Positions 13,069 to 23,773 of a stretch of 64,000 bases of DNA are shown in pieces. The stretch is from Vezdaea acicularis (lineage: Eukaryota): assembly GCA_026025075.1 (NCBI GenBank), contig JAPEUI010000076.1:1-64000 (forward strand), given 5' to 3'. The translations under genes were made by a program, and so were the position numbers. The notes below the pieces were generated by a model. The model saw only the letters and a program-made list of their open reading frames with translations, ran no database searches and was not told where the DNA came from. The first letter of the stretch is position 1, and the number at the start of each line of letters is the position of its first letter.

Positions 13069-14647
13069 GGAGCCCCTGGAGTGCGGTTGTCCTCTACTCC
13101 ACTCAAGAGGAGTCACGGATTTGAACAGCCGAAGGCCGCGCTACACGTGGCTTTGACATTCACCTTTTCATTGATGTTCGTTCAGAGTTTGTAGTTTGCC
13201 ATCATCGATCAATGGACGGAAGAAGTTTCATACGTAATTTACCGTCTCGTAGATGAAGGAACGCGATACGTAGAACCCAGATCATGTGATGTGTCAAGAT
13301 CTCGAGACTTAAGGAAGCTGAGTTGCTTTGATGGAACAATCTCAAAAAGGTGTCTCCTCACCAATCTTCAAGGAGAAAGGTTATTCCAAGGTCAAGGTCC
13401 TCTTCCTGCCATAGATGAACTGGTTCATGGCAACGCTCTCCACAGACAGCGCTTTCTGAGACGTTGATTGGGCGCGCGCTAAATCCTTGCCGGCGCTTGA
13501 CTGGATGTCGTGTCTCCTGCGCTTTTCCTCTTCCTTGTCTCGTCTACTCTGTTACAGCAGGCCATTGAAATTGTTTCATCTGCTGTCAGGCCCGTTCGCC
13601 TCCAGATAACGACCGCCATTGATCTGCTCTATCTGTATCTGAGACCGCGGCTCTCCTTGGGCCTGCTCCGGACCAGACGCGCTTCTGTCAACCCCGAAAG
13701 CAGTCGTACCCACTTGGGGACCAGTTTCTCCGTTTCCGAGCCCCTTGACTCTGGAAATGAGCCCAATTTTGTGACCACGCCGACCGCTTTTCGCCCTCGC
13801 ATTGGATGACCTCACAAGACTCCATTTTGTATCTCTGTTTCATGATCATATTCGCCATGATTTTGCACCGAGGCACGTTCTTTGCCTTACATTCGCTAGC
13901 TGTGCTCTTTTCCCGCCCCGTGCTTGTTTCGTGAGCATTCCTCGTAAGAGGAATAGCTCCCCACCATGACTGGCCACCGCCTTCTGGGGGACGCCGATCC
14001 TGATTTTGCTTTCACCGAATCTAGTGGCCATGGGCACGAGCAGCTGGAAGCCGTCGCGCTGAGTAGGCCCCTCGGTCCGACTGGTGCTAGAAACGCGAAG
14101 AAGCTTGTATATAGAGAAGGGTGCGCACAAAATGAATGTGAGAGGAAAACACAGAGTCTAAGGCCTGGTAGTCCAAGACTGTCTGAAAAGTCAGCGCATA
14201 TTTTATCTGTAAGTAACCAGAAATTTCATTGTCTCATTACTATAGCTTGTAGTGAATGTCGCACTGCTCCTTCACGTAGCTGTGTCGTGCACTGCGCACA
14301 TAGAACACCTTCCTCAATTCTCGATAGCATTGTATGTCTCTAGAATCCTGCGATTGTTCACATCTATCTTGCTAGGTGGGGCTGGTTGTCCGAAATGTGG
14401 CTAGTTGACATTGTGCCCACGCATTGTTGTACGGTCAATTGTGGACGCACATATCTCACGACCACAACACAGGATTCCACCCCTTCCTTTTTTCTTCACG
14501 CACCTACTTCACCTTTCTCTCCACATATTCACTTTCTTTCCTGCCGCTGGGAATTCTCACATATTTAAGTGCTGGCCACTAACAATTGCATGGACTCAGT
14601 CATCACATTCATTTATAAAGCCTTCAAGAAGCAGGTACTTTTTGATC

Positions 14648-17110
14648 ATGGCTACTTTTTCGACGATCGCTCTCTTCGTCGCTCTGCGATTTTTCCTACT
14701 CTTACTCGGACCAGCCAACCTAGTCGGCGCTGTTCCTACACCACAGATATCGAACCTTACTGGCGCCGTCTTTACATCACAAGCATCTGCTGCACCTGTT
14801 GGAACAGGGTATTGGCTTTCTACAATCCAAAGACAAGGTCAAGCGGCCTTTAACGGCGCTCCTTCTACATACAAGGTATACAGGAATGTGAAGGATTTTG
14901 GTGCGAAAGGCGATGGTTCTTCGGACGATACGGATGCTATCAACACTGCCATAAGTACCGGCGGCCGCTGTGGTCAAGGTTGCGATTCATCTACCGTCAC
15001 CCCTGCACTGGTTTACTTCCCACCAGGGACATACGTCGTTAGCAAACCGATTGTTCAATATTATTTCACTCAACTCGTTGGTGACGCAGTCAACGTGCCT
15101 ACAATCAAGGCGTCCCCTTCTTTTCAAGGGATTGCGGTTATTGACTCGGATCCTTATGATAACCAGGGAAACAACTGGTGGACGAATCAAGTAAGCTCTT
15201 CTTTCCCAACGTCATACTTATCTCTAACCCAATTATTACAGAACAATTTCTATCGCCAGGTCCGAAACTTTGTCATTGATATCACTGCTATGCCCCCAAG
15301 CTCGGGCGCATGCATTCATTGGCAAGTTGCACAAGCAACGTCTCTTCAGCGAGTCACCTTCAATATGGTAAAAGGCGGAGGTGACGGAAATAAACAGCTC
15401 GGAATTTTCATGGATAACGGTTCTGGTGGCTTCATGACCGATCTGGTATTCAATGGTGGAAATTACGGAGCCTTCTTCGGTAATCAGCAATTCACAACCC
15501 GAAATTTGACCTTCAATAATGTGCAGACTGCCATATTCATGAACTGGAACTGGCTTTGGACATTCAAGTCACTCAGCATCAACAATTGCGGCGTTGGTGT
15601 CAATATGTCAAACGGAGCTCCGAATCAGACCGTCGGATCGGTTTTGATCCAAGATTCGACATTCTCAAATACTCCAATTGGGGTGGCTACGGCATTCAGC
15701 AAGGGTTCAGATCTCCCAGCTACTGGTGGCACGCTCATCATCGACAATTGTGACTTCAGTAGCAGTGCTGTCGCTGTTCAGGATACCTCAGGGGCAACTG
15801 TTCTCGCTGGGAATTCAAAGGTTGCTTCGTGGGGCCAAGGCAAGGAGTATACCAGCAGTGGGAACTCCGCAGCGGCGGGATCTACAGTTCAAGGAGTCCT
15901 AACAGCTCCTTCTAAACCGGCAACCCTACTCAACTCCCAGGGAAATGTCGTGGAGCGTACCAAGCCACAGTATGAAACCGTACCCGTATCCTCATTTGTC
16001 AGCGTCAAGAGCAACGGGGCCAAGGGCGATGGCTCAACTGACGACACGGACGCAATCCAGAAGATCTTCAACTCTGCTACTCCTGACCAGATAATTTACT
16101 TCGATCATGGTGCTTATGTCATCTCTTCGACGGTCAAGGTCCCTAAAGATATCAAAATCACGGGCGAAATTTGGCCTATCATCCTCATTTCCGGTTCTGC
16201 CTTCCAGGACGAAGCAAACCCGATACCCGCCTTTCAGGTCGGCCAGCCAGGTGACACCGGAACAGTCGAAATCTCTGACCTAGTCTTTGAGGTCAAGGGC
16301 CCGCAGCCCGGCGCGATCATGATGGAATGGAACGTCGCAGATCCTTCCGGTGCGCCCGCCTCAAGCGGCCTTTGGGACGTGCACTGGAGAATTGGTGGCA
16401 GTGCTGGTACTAGCCTCCAATCCGATAAATGCGCAAAGACGCCCTCGACCATCACCAATCCGAATTCGGCATGCGTAGGTTCCTTCATGATGATGCATGT
16501 TACAAAGACCGCAAGCATCTACATGGAAAATGTCTGGTTCTGGGTCGCCGACCACGAGCTTGATCTTAGCGACCATGGCCAGATCAACATATACAATGGA
16601 CGCGGCGTACTTATCGAAAGTCAGACGGGCGCCGTGTGGCTTTATGGAACCGCAAGTGAACACAGCCAGCTGTACAACTATCAGCTTGCCAACGCCAAGG
16701 GCGTCTATATGGGACTCATCCAAACTGAGACCGCATATATGCAGAGCAATCCGAATGCAATGGTACCCTTCAAGCAAAACCCAACATACAATGATCCTAC
16801 CTTCTCAGAATGTAAGGACAAAGTCGGATGTCCCAAGACATGGGGTCTACGAGTCCTTGACTCGAGCGATCTGTTGGTCTATGGAGCAGGCTTATACAGT
16901 TTCTTCGAGAACTACGACCAGACTTGCCTTGCCACTGAGAGTTGCCAGGAGAACATGGTCTCGATTGAAAATTCCACAGCCATCCATCTCTTTGGCTTAA
17001 GCACTAAGGCATCTACCAATATGGTCACTGTCAATGGAGCTGGAGTCGTCGACCAGAAAGACAACCGCAACAATTTCTGCTCCACGCTGGCCTTGTTCGC
17101 ACAGCCTTGA
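14648..17110 (+). CDS. GH55 exo-beta-1,3-glucanase (secreted)
   Basis: Signal peptide from ATG 14648. Two YRNVKDFGAKGDG..DDT.AI beta-helix motifs, QNNFYRQVRNF, WQVAQATSL, WFWVADHELD and GTASEH. In-frame 51-nt intron 15191-15241. Confidence 0.95.
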   Translation: MATFSTIALFVALRFFLLLLGPANLVGAVPTPQISNLTGAVFTSQASAAPVGTGYWLSTIQRQGQAAFNGAPSTYKVYRNVKDFGAKGDGSSDDTDAINTAISTGGRCGQGCDSSTVTPALVYFPPGTYVVSKPIVQYYFTQLVGDAVNVPTIKASPSFQGIAVIDSDPYDNQGNNWWTNQVSSSFPTSYLSLTQLLQNNFYRQVRNFVIDITAMPPSSGACIHWQVAQATSLQRVTFNMVKGGGDGNKQLGIFMDNGSGGFMTDLVFNGGNYGAFFGNQQFTTRNLTFNNVQTAIFMNWNWLWTFKSLSINNCGVGVNMSNGAPNQTVGSVLIQDSTFSNTPIGVATAFSKGSDLPATGGTLIIDNCDFSSSAVAVQDTSGATVLAGNSKVASWGQGKEYTSSGNSAAAGSTVQGVLTAPSKPATLLNSQGNVVERTKPQYETVPVSSFVSVKSNGAKGDGSTDDTDAIQKIFNSATPDQIIYFDHGAYVISSTVKVPKDIKITGEIWPIILISGSAFQDEANPIPAFQVGQPGDTGTVEISDLVFEVKGPQPGAIMMEWNVADPSGAPASSGLWDVHWRIGGSAGTSLQSDKCAKTPSTITNPNSACVGSFMMMHVTKTASIYMENVWFWVADHELDLSDHGQINIYNGRGVLIESQTGAVWLYGTASEHSQLYNYQLANAKGVYMGLIQTETAYMQSNPNAMVPFKQNPTYNDPTFSECKDKVGCPKTWGLRVLDSSDLLVYGAGLYSFFENYDQTCLATESCQENMVSIENSTAIHLFGLSTKASTNMVTVNGAGVVDQKDNRNNFCSTLALFAQP

Positions 17111-18087
17111 GGGAGATGGCGGGTAGGAAACAGTTCAAGCCATCAGGACATTTAGCGATACGTTCGTTTGTAAATAGTTGGCCTTGGCATAGAAGCATGT
17201 AGCGATGGCGTTGGGCACTCGAATACAAGACAAAGTCCCCCAAGTACATCTAGAAATCCTTCCACGTGAATCTAGTCCTTGCCTATCGGCCTGTAAATAC
17301 CCGTCCCATTCGAATGCTAACCACATTTAGTAGTATTGACCTCGAAAAGCTTATCTCACGTGGGGGCAGCCTAGCTGCAACCTCGTCTAAATGAAAACTT
17401 CACTCTCAAAGCATGAGATCAATCCAAAACAACCCTGAAAATGTGCAAACAAGGCACTTGCGAGAAATGCCGTATTTGACACCCGCTCTGTTGCTGCCAT
17501 CAGTCAATCAAGCTAACGGTCGTTCCTCACAGATAAGATTTCCTGGTGGGGATGCGGATCCCATATCCCGAGCGTGTTGGATGAAGTCCCGAAGGACCAA
17601 TGGTGCGACTGCGATCCGAAAACCGAGGTAGAGGGAAAGCAGTATCCGCCAATGGCGGCGAAAGCAAATTGGCTCCCGGCATGGTTTTGCAATATGGTCA
17701 CTCCTACTGCTGAAGAGAAGAAGCAACCCGGATGAGACGAGAAGTGAGAGGAGGATGGCTTTATATCGACGGAATACGGAATGATGTTTTGGTAGACTTT
17801 TGACCATACGGATGCTTTATAGGGTAACAATTTGCGCATAATGGCTCAATTCAATGGATTTTATTAAAAAGCTTTTTATCATATCCCACCGAAGTTTACT
17901 AGGCCGGATTTTTTAGCGATTACGCTCCGCCAATATTTCAGCCCGCGGCATGTTGAAGTGGCTATGATTTTCAGCTGTTAGAGCGCCTGCTTTGATCCCC
18001 TGAGTTTGACGCGCTTACCGCTAGGAACCAATTGCGCACTACCTCTACCGTCACTGCCTGCATAGTTCCTAATTCTTAAAAATTCCT

Positions 18088-19610
18088 CAGGTCTTCGGAG
18101 AAGGCGATGGTGGACAGAGCCCTCTAGCACTGCTTATTTGAAGGAACACCATGAGCACAGCCGCACTGAGGTCTGTCAGAATGTTCGAAGCAAGCTAGTA
18201 GAAGCTGCTGACGTGTCAAAGAAACACTTACTATGCTGCACAAATCGTCAGTGCTTCGTGCACGCGTGCATTTGTTGTCGTTATAACGAGGAAGAAGAAT
18301 ACAAGGACGAATCCCGAAATTATTTCGAGCTGAGCTTTTTGAGTGGCAACGCTATGAAGCCACCAAAGGGGGCCTATTATCTGTGTGGGTATTAGTACTT
18401 CAGATAGGGCCGAGCATCCAAAGGTCACAAACCATTGCAAGTCCTATAGTCGCTACAATAGAAGTGACTAGTGCATCTATCATGCGATTACTGAAATAAG
18501 TCGTTGTCGACGTATCATAGTGCTTGTTATAATGATGCCATTTCTCCTGCAAGATGTAAGAGGCCCTCCACGATAAAGATTAATTATTACTAACTTTCCA
18601 TACTCTGAATAGTGGACTTAAAAGGAAACAGTCAAAGTGCTCAAGAAATCGGCGTAATGGTGTCTTCAACCGTGGCACCAAAGCAATAACATCTCCGTCT
18701 TTATTAATGTACTCGCATTCCTCTGGTCTGATTGCCTGGTCATGGTTACTAAACCAGTTTCGAACGTTTTCCATCTGTCTCGAGGTTGCAGAAGACCTGG
18801 CCTTCAATTGCGAGTGTGCAAGAACAAAATCGTCTGACGATTATTCAGTATGTATCTTGAAGGTGATTTAGACTTTCCAACCTTGTACTGAGGGGTTCAA
18901 ATTAAATCTGACTTACTATAGTACTTAAGCATACCCGTCAAATCATGGAGTAGAGCCTCGCGATCACGTCTGATGTCCCCTCTGAATGTTCCATTATCCA
19001 CATCACCACGATACTGGGCGCACTCTCTATCTATCTGACCTAGCTTCAACTCTTCCCGAAGGGTCAGTTTGTAATATACGAAATTGTTTTGCTGTCTTGA
19101 TTTACCCGTAAAAGCAATCTGATCTTGCAGCCGCAATATTATTCGAGCATTTAAAGTACCAAAACGACGTAAGACAAAGAAGTCATTAGAGGATGCTACC
19201 CAGGCAGAAAATGCAGGGTAGCCTCTAATAAACCCGCTTATTAGCACACAACTCAATAACAGTCTCATTCAAGATACTATTCACCTATATCGCCAAGGTT
19301 CCCCATCAACATCAGCTTGCGTTACATAATCCCGCTGCGCACTTGGATGCGCTGAGCTGGTAGTAGCTGGGTCTTGGACCAATTGTTGGGCTGGTTGTGG
19401 CGGGCCGCTGCTATCTTGGGTTACAGACCGCAAACCATGTCCTGTTATTGTTGAAGGAGAATGAAAGATGTCGGTAGGTGTATGAGGGAGTTCTGGTGGG
19501 TGGGTTGGGGTAATCCGTGTAGGAACAGTGGGCCTATCGTCCACTTCGTCGACTTGTATAATTGCAGGCAAAGAAGGCTGTGAAGTCAACTCGAAAGAGG
19601 TTAAAGACAT
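18088..19610 (-). CDS. DUF6594-like fungal membrane protein
   Basis: Spliced model (about 7 exons) gives WRYRGYPAFSAWVASSNDFFVLRRFGTLNARIILRLQDQI and C-terminal TM segments ending AAYAAVLMVFLQ. Canonical GT donors at all junctions. Confidence 0.8.
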
Positions 19611-20299
19611 AGTGTACAGCGAAAATTATATCGCAATATCGAAGGATCCATAATGTCCTACGAGACTAAGAACGTCTACTTATAAATAATTCATTATGGA
19701 AGGCTTTGGTCCCAAGGCTAATTCTGGTCCATAGCCTCGTGCGCCTTGAAGGCGAAGGGCAATGGCAAGGCTGGACTCGACAACAAGAACAGCTACTTGA
19801 TTGGCCACACAAGACAACTAGAGCGTCTGCATATGGTCTAACGAAAGTCTTTTGTCGTACACCCAGCCTGATTATACAAAAAGGCAAGTAGGGGAAGAAT
19901 AGCCGCCAGGCTGGCACCCTCTTTGAGGCTCTGCAGTCTCAGACTTCCGACCGGCCTGCTGCCTGATCATGAGTTGTGCGTGACTCAGGCTTGCAAACCG
20001 GAAGAACGTTATTTCATGTGTGATGAGAAATACTGTCAATATCGTCTCTTTACCCCGAACTGTGAGTGCATGAGCGCAAACCAATATCATCCTCACTCTA
20101 CTCATGACAGATGTATATGAATAGTCCGCCATAAGTTATGGTCTACAGTTGGCACATCAAAACGAATTGCGCCAATAACAACATCCTTTGTGCTACCTCC
20201 AACGTTGCTTTATCTGTCGTTCTCTGAGTGGTCAGAGATCTAACGAATTGTGTGAGTCTGATTGTTTCGCTTTTCACGGCCAACGCATTCGTATCCAGC

Positions 20300-21116
20300 A
20301 TGAGCCGAGGAGGGCATCATCTACGTGTCCCTTCTGTGCTCCGGAGATGGAGCCGATCCAGGGAAAATTTGGCACCTCAAGGCACAGTTGAGCCTGCAAG
20401 AGATGGACGCTATGATGGTGAAGATAAGGCTGGAGGACATGAAAAATTAAGGAAGCGAAAGCCCCAAGAGGAGGCCGCAACTCCACTTAAAGAACGGCCT
20501 CGGGGATTCGATGCGGATTCAGCGGCGGATATGAGTGGATATGGGCCTACGACTCAATATAATAGGCCAATGCAGTTTCAACAACGCGGTTTTCGCCCAC
20601 CGAATGAATACTATCCACCGGAATTCCAAACTACTTATCCTCTGCAAGGGCCCAATAACGGAATGATGCCTTCGCAGGCACCTTGGCAATCCCTTGGTCA
20701 GCCTGCAACCGTGTGGTACCAACAGGACGCACCATACCCGCCGCCCAACCCATCAGCAAACCAAGGTTCAAGTCAAGAGTACTATAATAGAACGGGGCCT
20801 TACGTTCAACCTAGCTATGAGCGTTCGCAAGTCCCCTACTCCCAAACGTCAGCTTCAGGCCCAAGTCAACTACAGCCTCAGGCCCCCAGGGACCCTCTAC
20901 CTCTAACTCAAGGGCCATCACCTCCACCAGACCAGAATCCTTATGAGAATCAATACTTCCCACCTCCCAGAGAGCCTCCTCAGCGTTTCTATTGCATGTG
21001 CAGAAGAAGTACCCATCAGCGTCCGTAAGTAGACTCTCGATCCTTGCTCATAGATCTTTCCATTAACTTTTCGAAGGAATGTTCGATATACTTGCTGTCC
21101 ACAAGCACCCGGTTGA
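20300..21116 (+). CDS. Pro/Gln-rich hypothetical protein with small Cys-rich C-terminus
   Basis: Long ORF from ATG 20300, GTAAGT donor near 21025 and an acceptor at 21076, giving ...FYCMCRRSTHQRPNVRYTCCPQAPG*. Low complexity, no recognised domain. Confidence 0.5.
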
Positions 21117-21739
21117 ACGGCATATTAGGGTTGCAGCAACAAGATATTCCTGAGAAAGGCCTCCTGCCTATCGTCGCAAAAAGCGTTGCCAAGAAGAGTT
21201 CCTAGACATGCTCGATCGCGGTGAGCCTCATTTGTTGTCACTACTCGTGACTTCAAATGCATGTCCCTTGCGATGCGACATGACACGACGAAGGATTTTC
21301 ATAATAGCGATGATCCAGAGCAGCAGCGATGCTTGGCCCATGAAAGCTTGGATACGAATCATCGACGATTAGTCATAGATATGGTTGTAAAAGACCCTGG
21401 CTCGCATTGTGTGGTATTCGAGTCTCAATGCGATGAGTCGCCGGCAACTTATACCAAGTCAAGAAGGAAGTTGCTTGATGTGGCTGGTATACTGAGGAGC
21501 CCTACGGACGATGTGAAGCGGAATGATGGGGACGAAATGTGAATGAGTTGCAAAGGGAAAGAATCGAGGAAACCGCGATTGATTTTGGCAAATCCTGAAA
21601 TTGATTTCTCTTTGTGCATGGGCATAAGGGGGGTTGTTCATCGTAGAAGAAAACTTTCCAATATATCAAACTAATTTCGCTACACGAGAATTCATCACTA
21701 TATAAGAGCTCACACGTCTTAGGTGAATGAAATAGCTAC

Positions 21740-21928
21740 CGTCGACGGAAGACGAGTAGAGGATCTCTCACTCGATCGAACCATCGAGGCTCCGGAAAGG
21801 ACAAGCAGTATCTAGTACGGTGGGAAGGATACCCACCGTCGGAGGACTCATGGGAGCCCAAGGATAACCTTGGCAATGCTAAGGAGGCACTGAGGGCGTA
21901 TGATGGAGACAAAAGACGCCAACCGTGA
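21740..21928 (+). mobile_element. Degenerate chromodomain, probably a Ty3/gypsy chromovirus integrase C-terminus remnant
   Basis: 21785-21928 translates RGSGKDKQYLVRWEGYPPSEDSWEPKDNLGNAKEALRAY...*. The upstream EYEVE.I..H part is disrupted (GAAGACGAGTAG) and there is no start codon. Confidence 0.75.
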
Positions 21929-22188
21929 TGTCGACCCGGGCAGTACGCTGGCGGCACTCTTCCCAATTTCCCCTAGAGGGATTTCAATCAGGCTTGATGA
22001 AGTCTAACAGACGGACGCCAACATATCGCCGGCGGTGAGGTAAAGGGGGCAGGATAAAACGCAATTATACTAGAGCAAAGCTAAAGCTTTGGGCAGCAAT
22101 GCTATCTATCCAGTCCTATCTCGCCAAAGTCCTTCATATCAATTTTATTCTTCAGCCATCCACCTGCAAGCGTCCCTCTCATAGACCT

Positions 22189-23773
22189 CTACTCAGTCTC
22201 ATCCTCCGCATTTCCTCCAATCTCATCGGCCGAAGAATGATTGTCCACCGAAGTCTCCCACCCAGAATTGGCGGTAGAGCTACGATGCGTCACAGAAGAA
22301 TGATCATCCACCGAACTCTCCTCCCCAGAACTGGCGGTATAGCTACAATACGTCCCAGAAGAATGATCGTCCACCGAACTCTCCTCCCCAGAACTGGCGG
22401 TATAGCTACAATACGTCCCAGAAGAATGATCGTCCACCGAACTCTCCCACCCAGAACTGGCGGTATAGCTACAATACGTCCCAGAAGAATGATCGTCCAC
22501 CGAACTCTCCTCCCCAGAACTGGCGGTATAGCTACAATACGTCCCAGAAGAATGATCGTCCACCGAACTCTCCTCCCCAGAACTGGCGGTAGAGCCACGA
22601 TGCGTTACAGAAGAATGATCATCCACCGAACTCTCCCACCCAGAACTGGCGGTAGAGCTACGATACGTCACAGAAGAATGATAATCCGCCGAACTCTCCT
22701 CCCCAGAACTGGCGGTAGAGCCACGACGCGTCACACAGGCTGCCCCCCTACTTTTGATTTTGGAAGAGGTACGGGCGTTAAGCGCAGCAGGCACTGACTT
22801 CCGATTCAAAAGCCTGGCCGTAGAAGGACGCACCGCCGCAGAATGACGTTTCACCTCAGGACGATGTACCGTTGGAGGGGCATCGGAGGCACCACCGTCA
22901 TCCTTGACATTCAGAAGCTCCATGGTTTCCTCGCGGCAGACGGTCACCATCTTAGGAAGGGGAGCACGGCCCACATGCAACACCCCAGCCGAATCGTGAA
23001 AACGTGGAATATCCCGGGGATTCAAGTAGGAGATAGGATGGACCCTTAGATGCTGATGCATATCCCGCTCACGAAGTGTCATACACGGCGGAAGCCCATA
23101 CTATAGCAGAAAGGAAGACGTCAGCGGGCGCCCAGCGGCAGGAGCTAGAGACACTTACAGTATAATCCGTCATCTCATCCACGTAGTCAAGAAAGTTACA
23201 AAGATCCTGCAGGCATCTGGTAATCCGCTCAATGCGGTCTAGCTTGTTGAACGTTCCCTGCACGACCAAGGCTTGCTCAAAGCGGTTGGCAAGTTGACCC
23301 AGAAGGCTCCAATCTCCCACGTTATACGGCAAACGGGCGAGGAGAAGCATCGAACAGTCTGCGGCGTCTTCTGCCACAACAGCAACACTATCTAAGAAGG
23401 CCTCCATCCAAAGTTCAGAAATTGGAAAGGGCTCGCAACCGACAGGAGACAGGGGCTGATAGGCATTGCAAGCCTCCAACGACAAGGCAGCAATGAGTGG
23501 AGGAACCATGGTGTTGGGAGCAGCCATGACCGGAACGTCAGGAGCAGAAGACACAGCCTGGCGGCGTCGTGACGGATGATTATCAGAATGAGCCCAGTGA
23601 GTCCCAGGAGCCGCTGACGACGAGGAAGAACCATGTTTCTTTTTAAGCTTGTCACCTTTCGTACGAGCCTCCGACAACGGCTGATCCAAGAGGCGAGATG
23701 CTTCCTTTGACGGTCGATACGGATGAGCAGGCGACGCCACGACGGGCCGAGAGATGTGCCTATCAGCAGGCAT
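22189..23773 (-). CDS. Orphan two-exon gene (~508 aa) with 21-aa Ser/acidic tandem repeats
   Basis: Exon 1 23773-23159, intron 23158-23101 (GTAAGT..GCTGAC..TAG), exon 2 23100-22189. Splicing fuses the two ORF-track ORFs exactly in frame. Confidence 0.7.
22231..22734. repeat. Minisatellite, 8 x 63-bp tandem repeat
   Basis: Unit agaagaatgatcgtccaccgaactctcctccccagaactggcggtatagctacaatacgtccc starts at 22231, 22294, 22357, 22420, 22483, 22546, 22609 and 22672. Confidence 0.97.

Noticed and set aside
13100..14400. Several 60-125 aa ORFs between the nitrilase and GH55
   Set aside because: No recognisable domains or consistent exon structure.
14405..14647. N-terminal extension of the 901-aa GH55 ORF
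   Set aside because: It starts at TTG in pyrimidine-rich leader sequence. The signal peptide begins at ATG 14648.
4754..17110. Secondary-metabolite gene cluster (MFS, nitrilase, amidotransferase nearby)
   Set aside because: There is no PKS, NRPS, terpene synthase or other backbone gene, and housekeeping genes are interspersed.
22043..22054. Polypurine tract followed by an LTR
   Set aside because: The purine run is not followed by TG..CA termini, and no second LTR copy is visible in the window.
22231..22734. CRISPR-like array
   Set aside because: The units are contiguous near-identical 63-mers with no unique spacers. There are no cas genes and the context is eukaryotic.
22099..22797. 232-aa Arg-rich + strand ORF as a gene
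   Set aside because: Its length is explained by a stop-free repeat unit. The opposite strand has a coherent spliced gene model.
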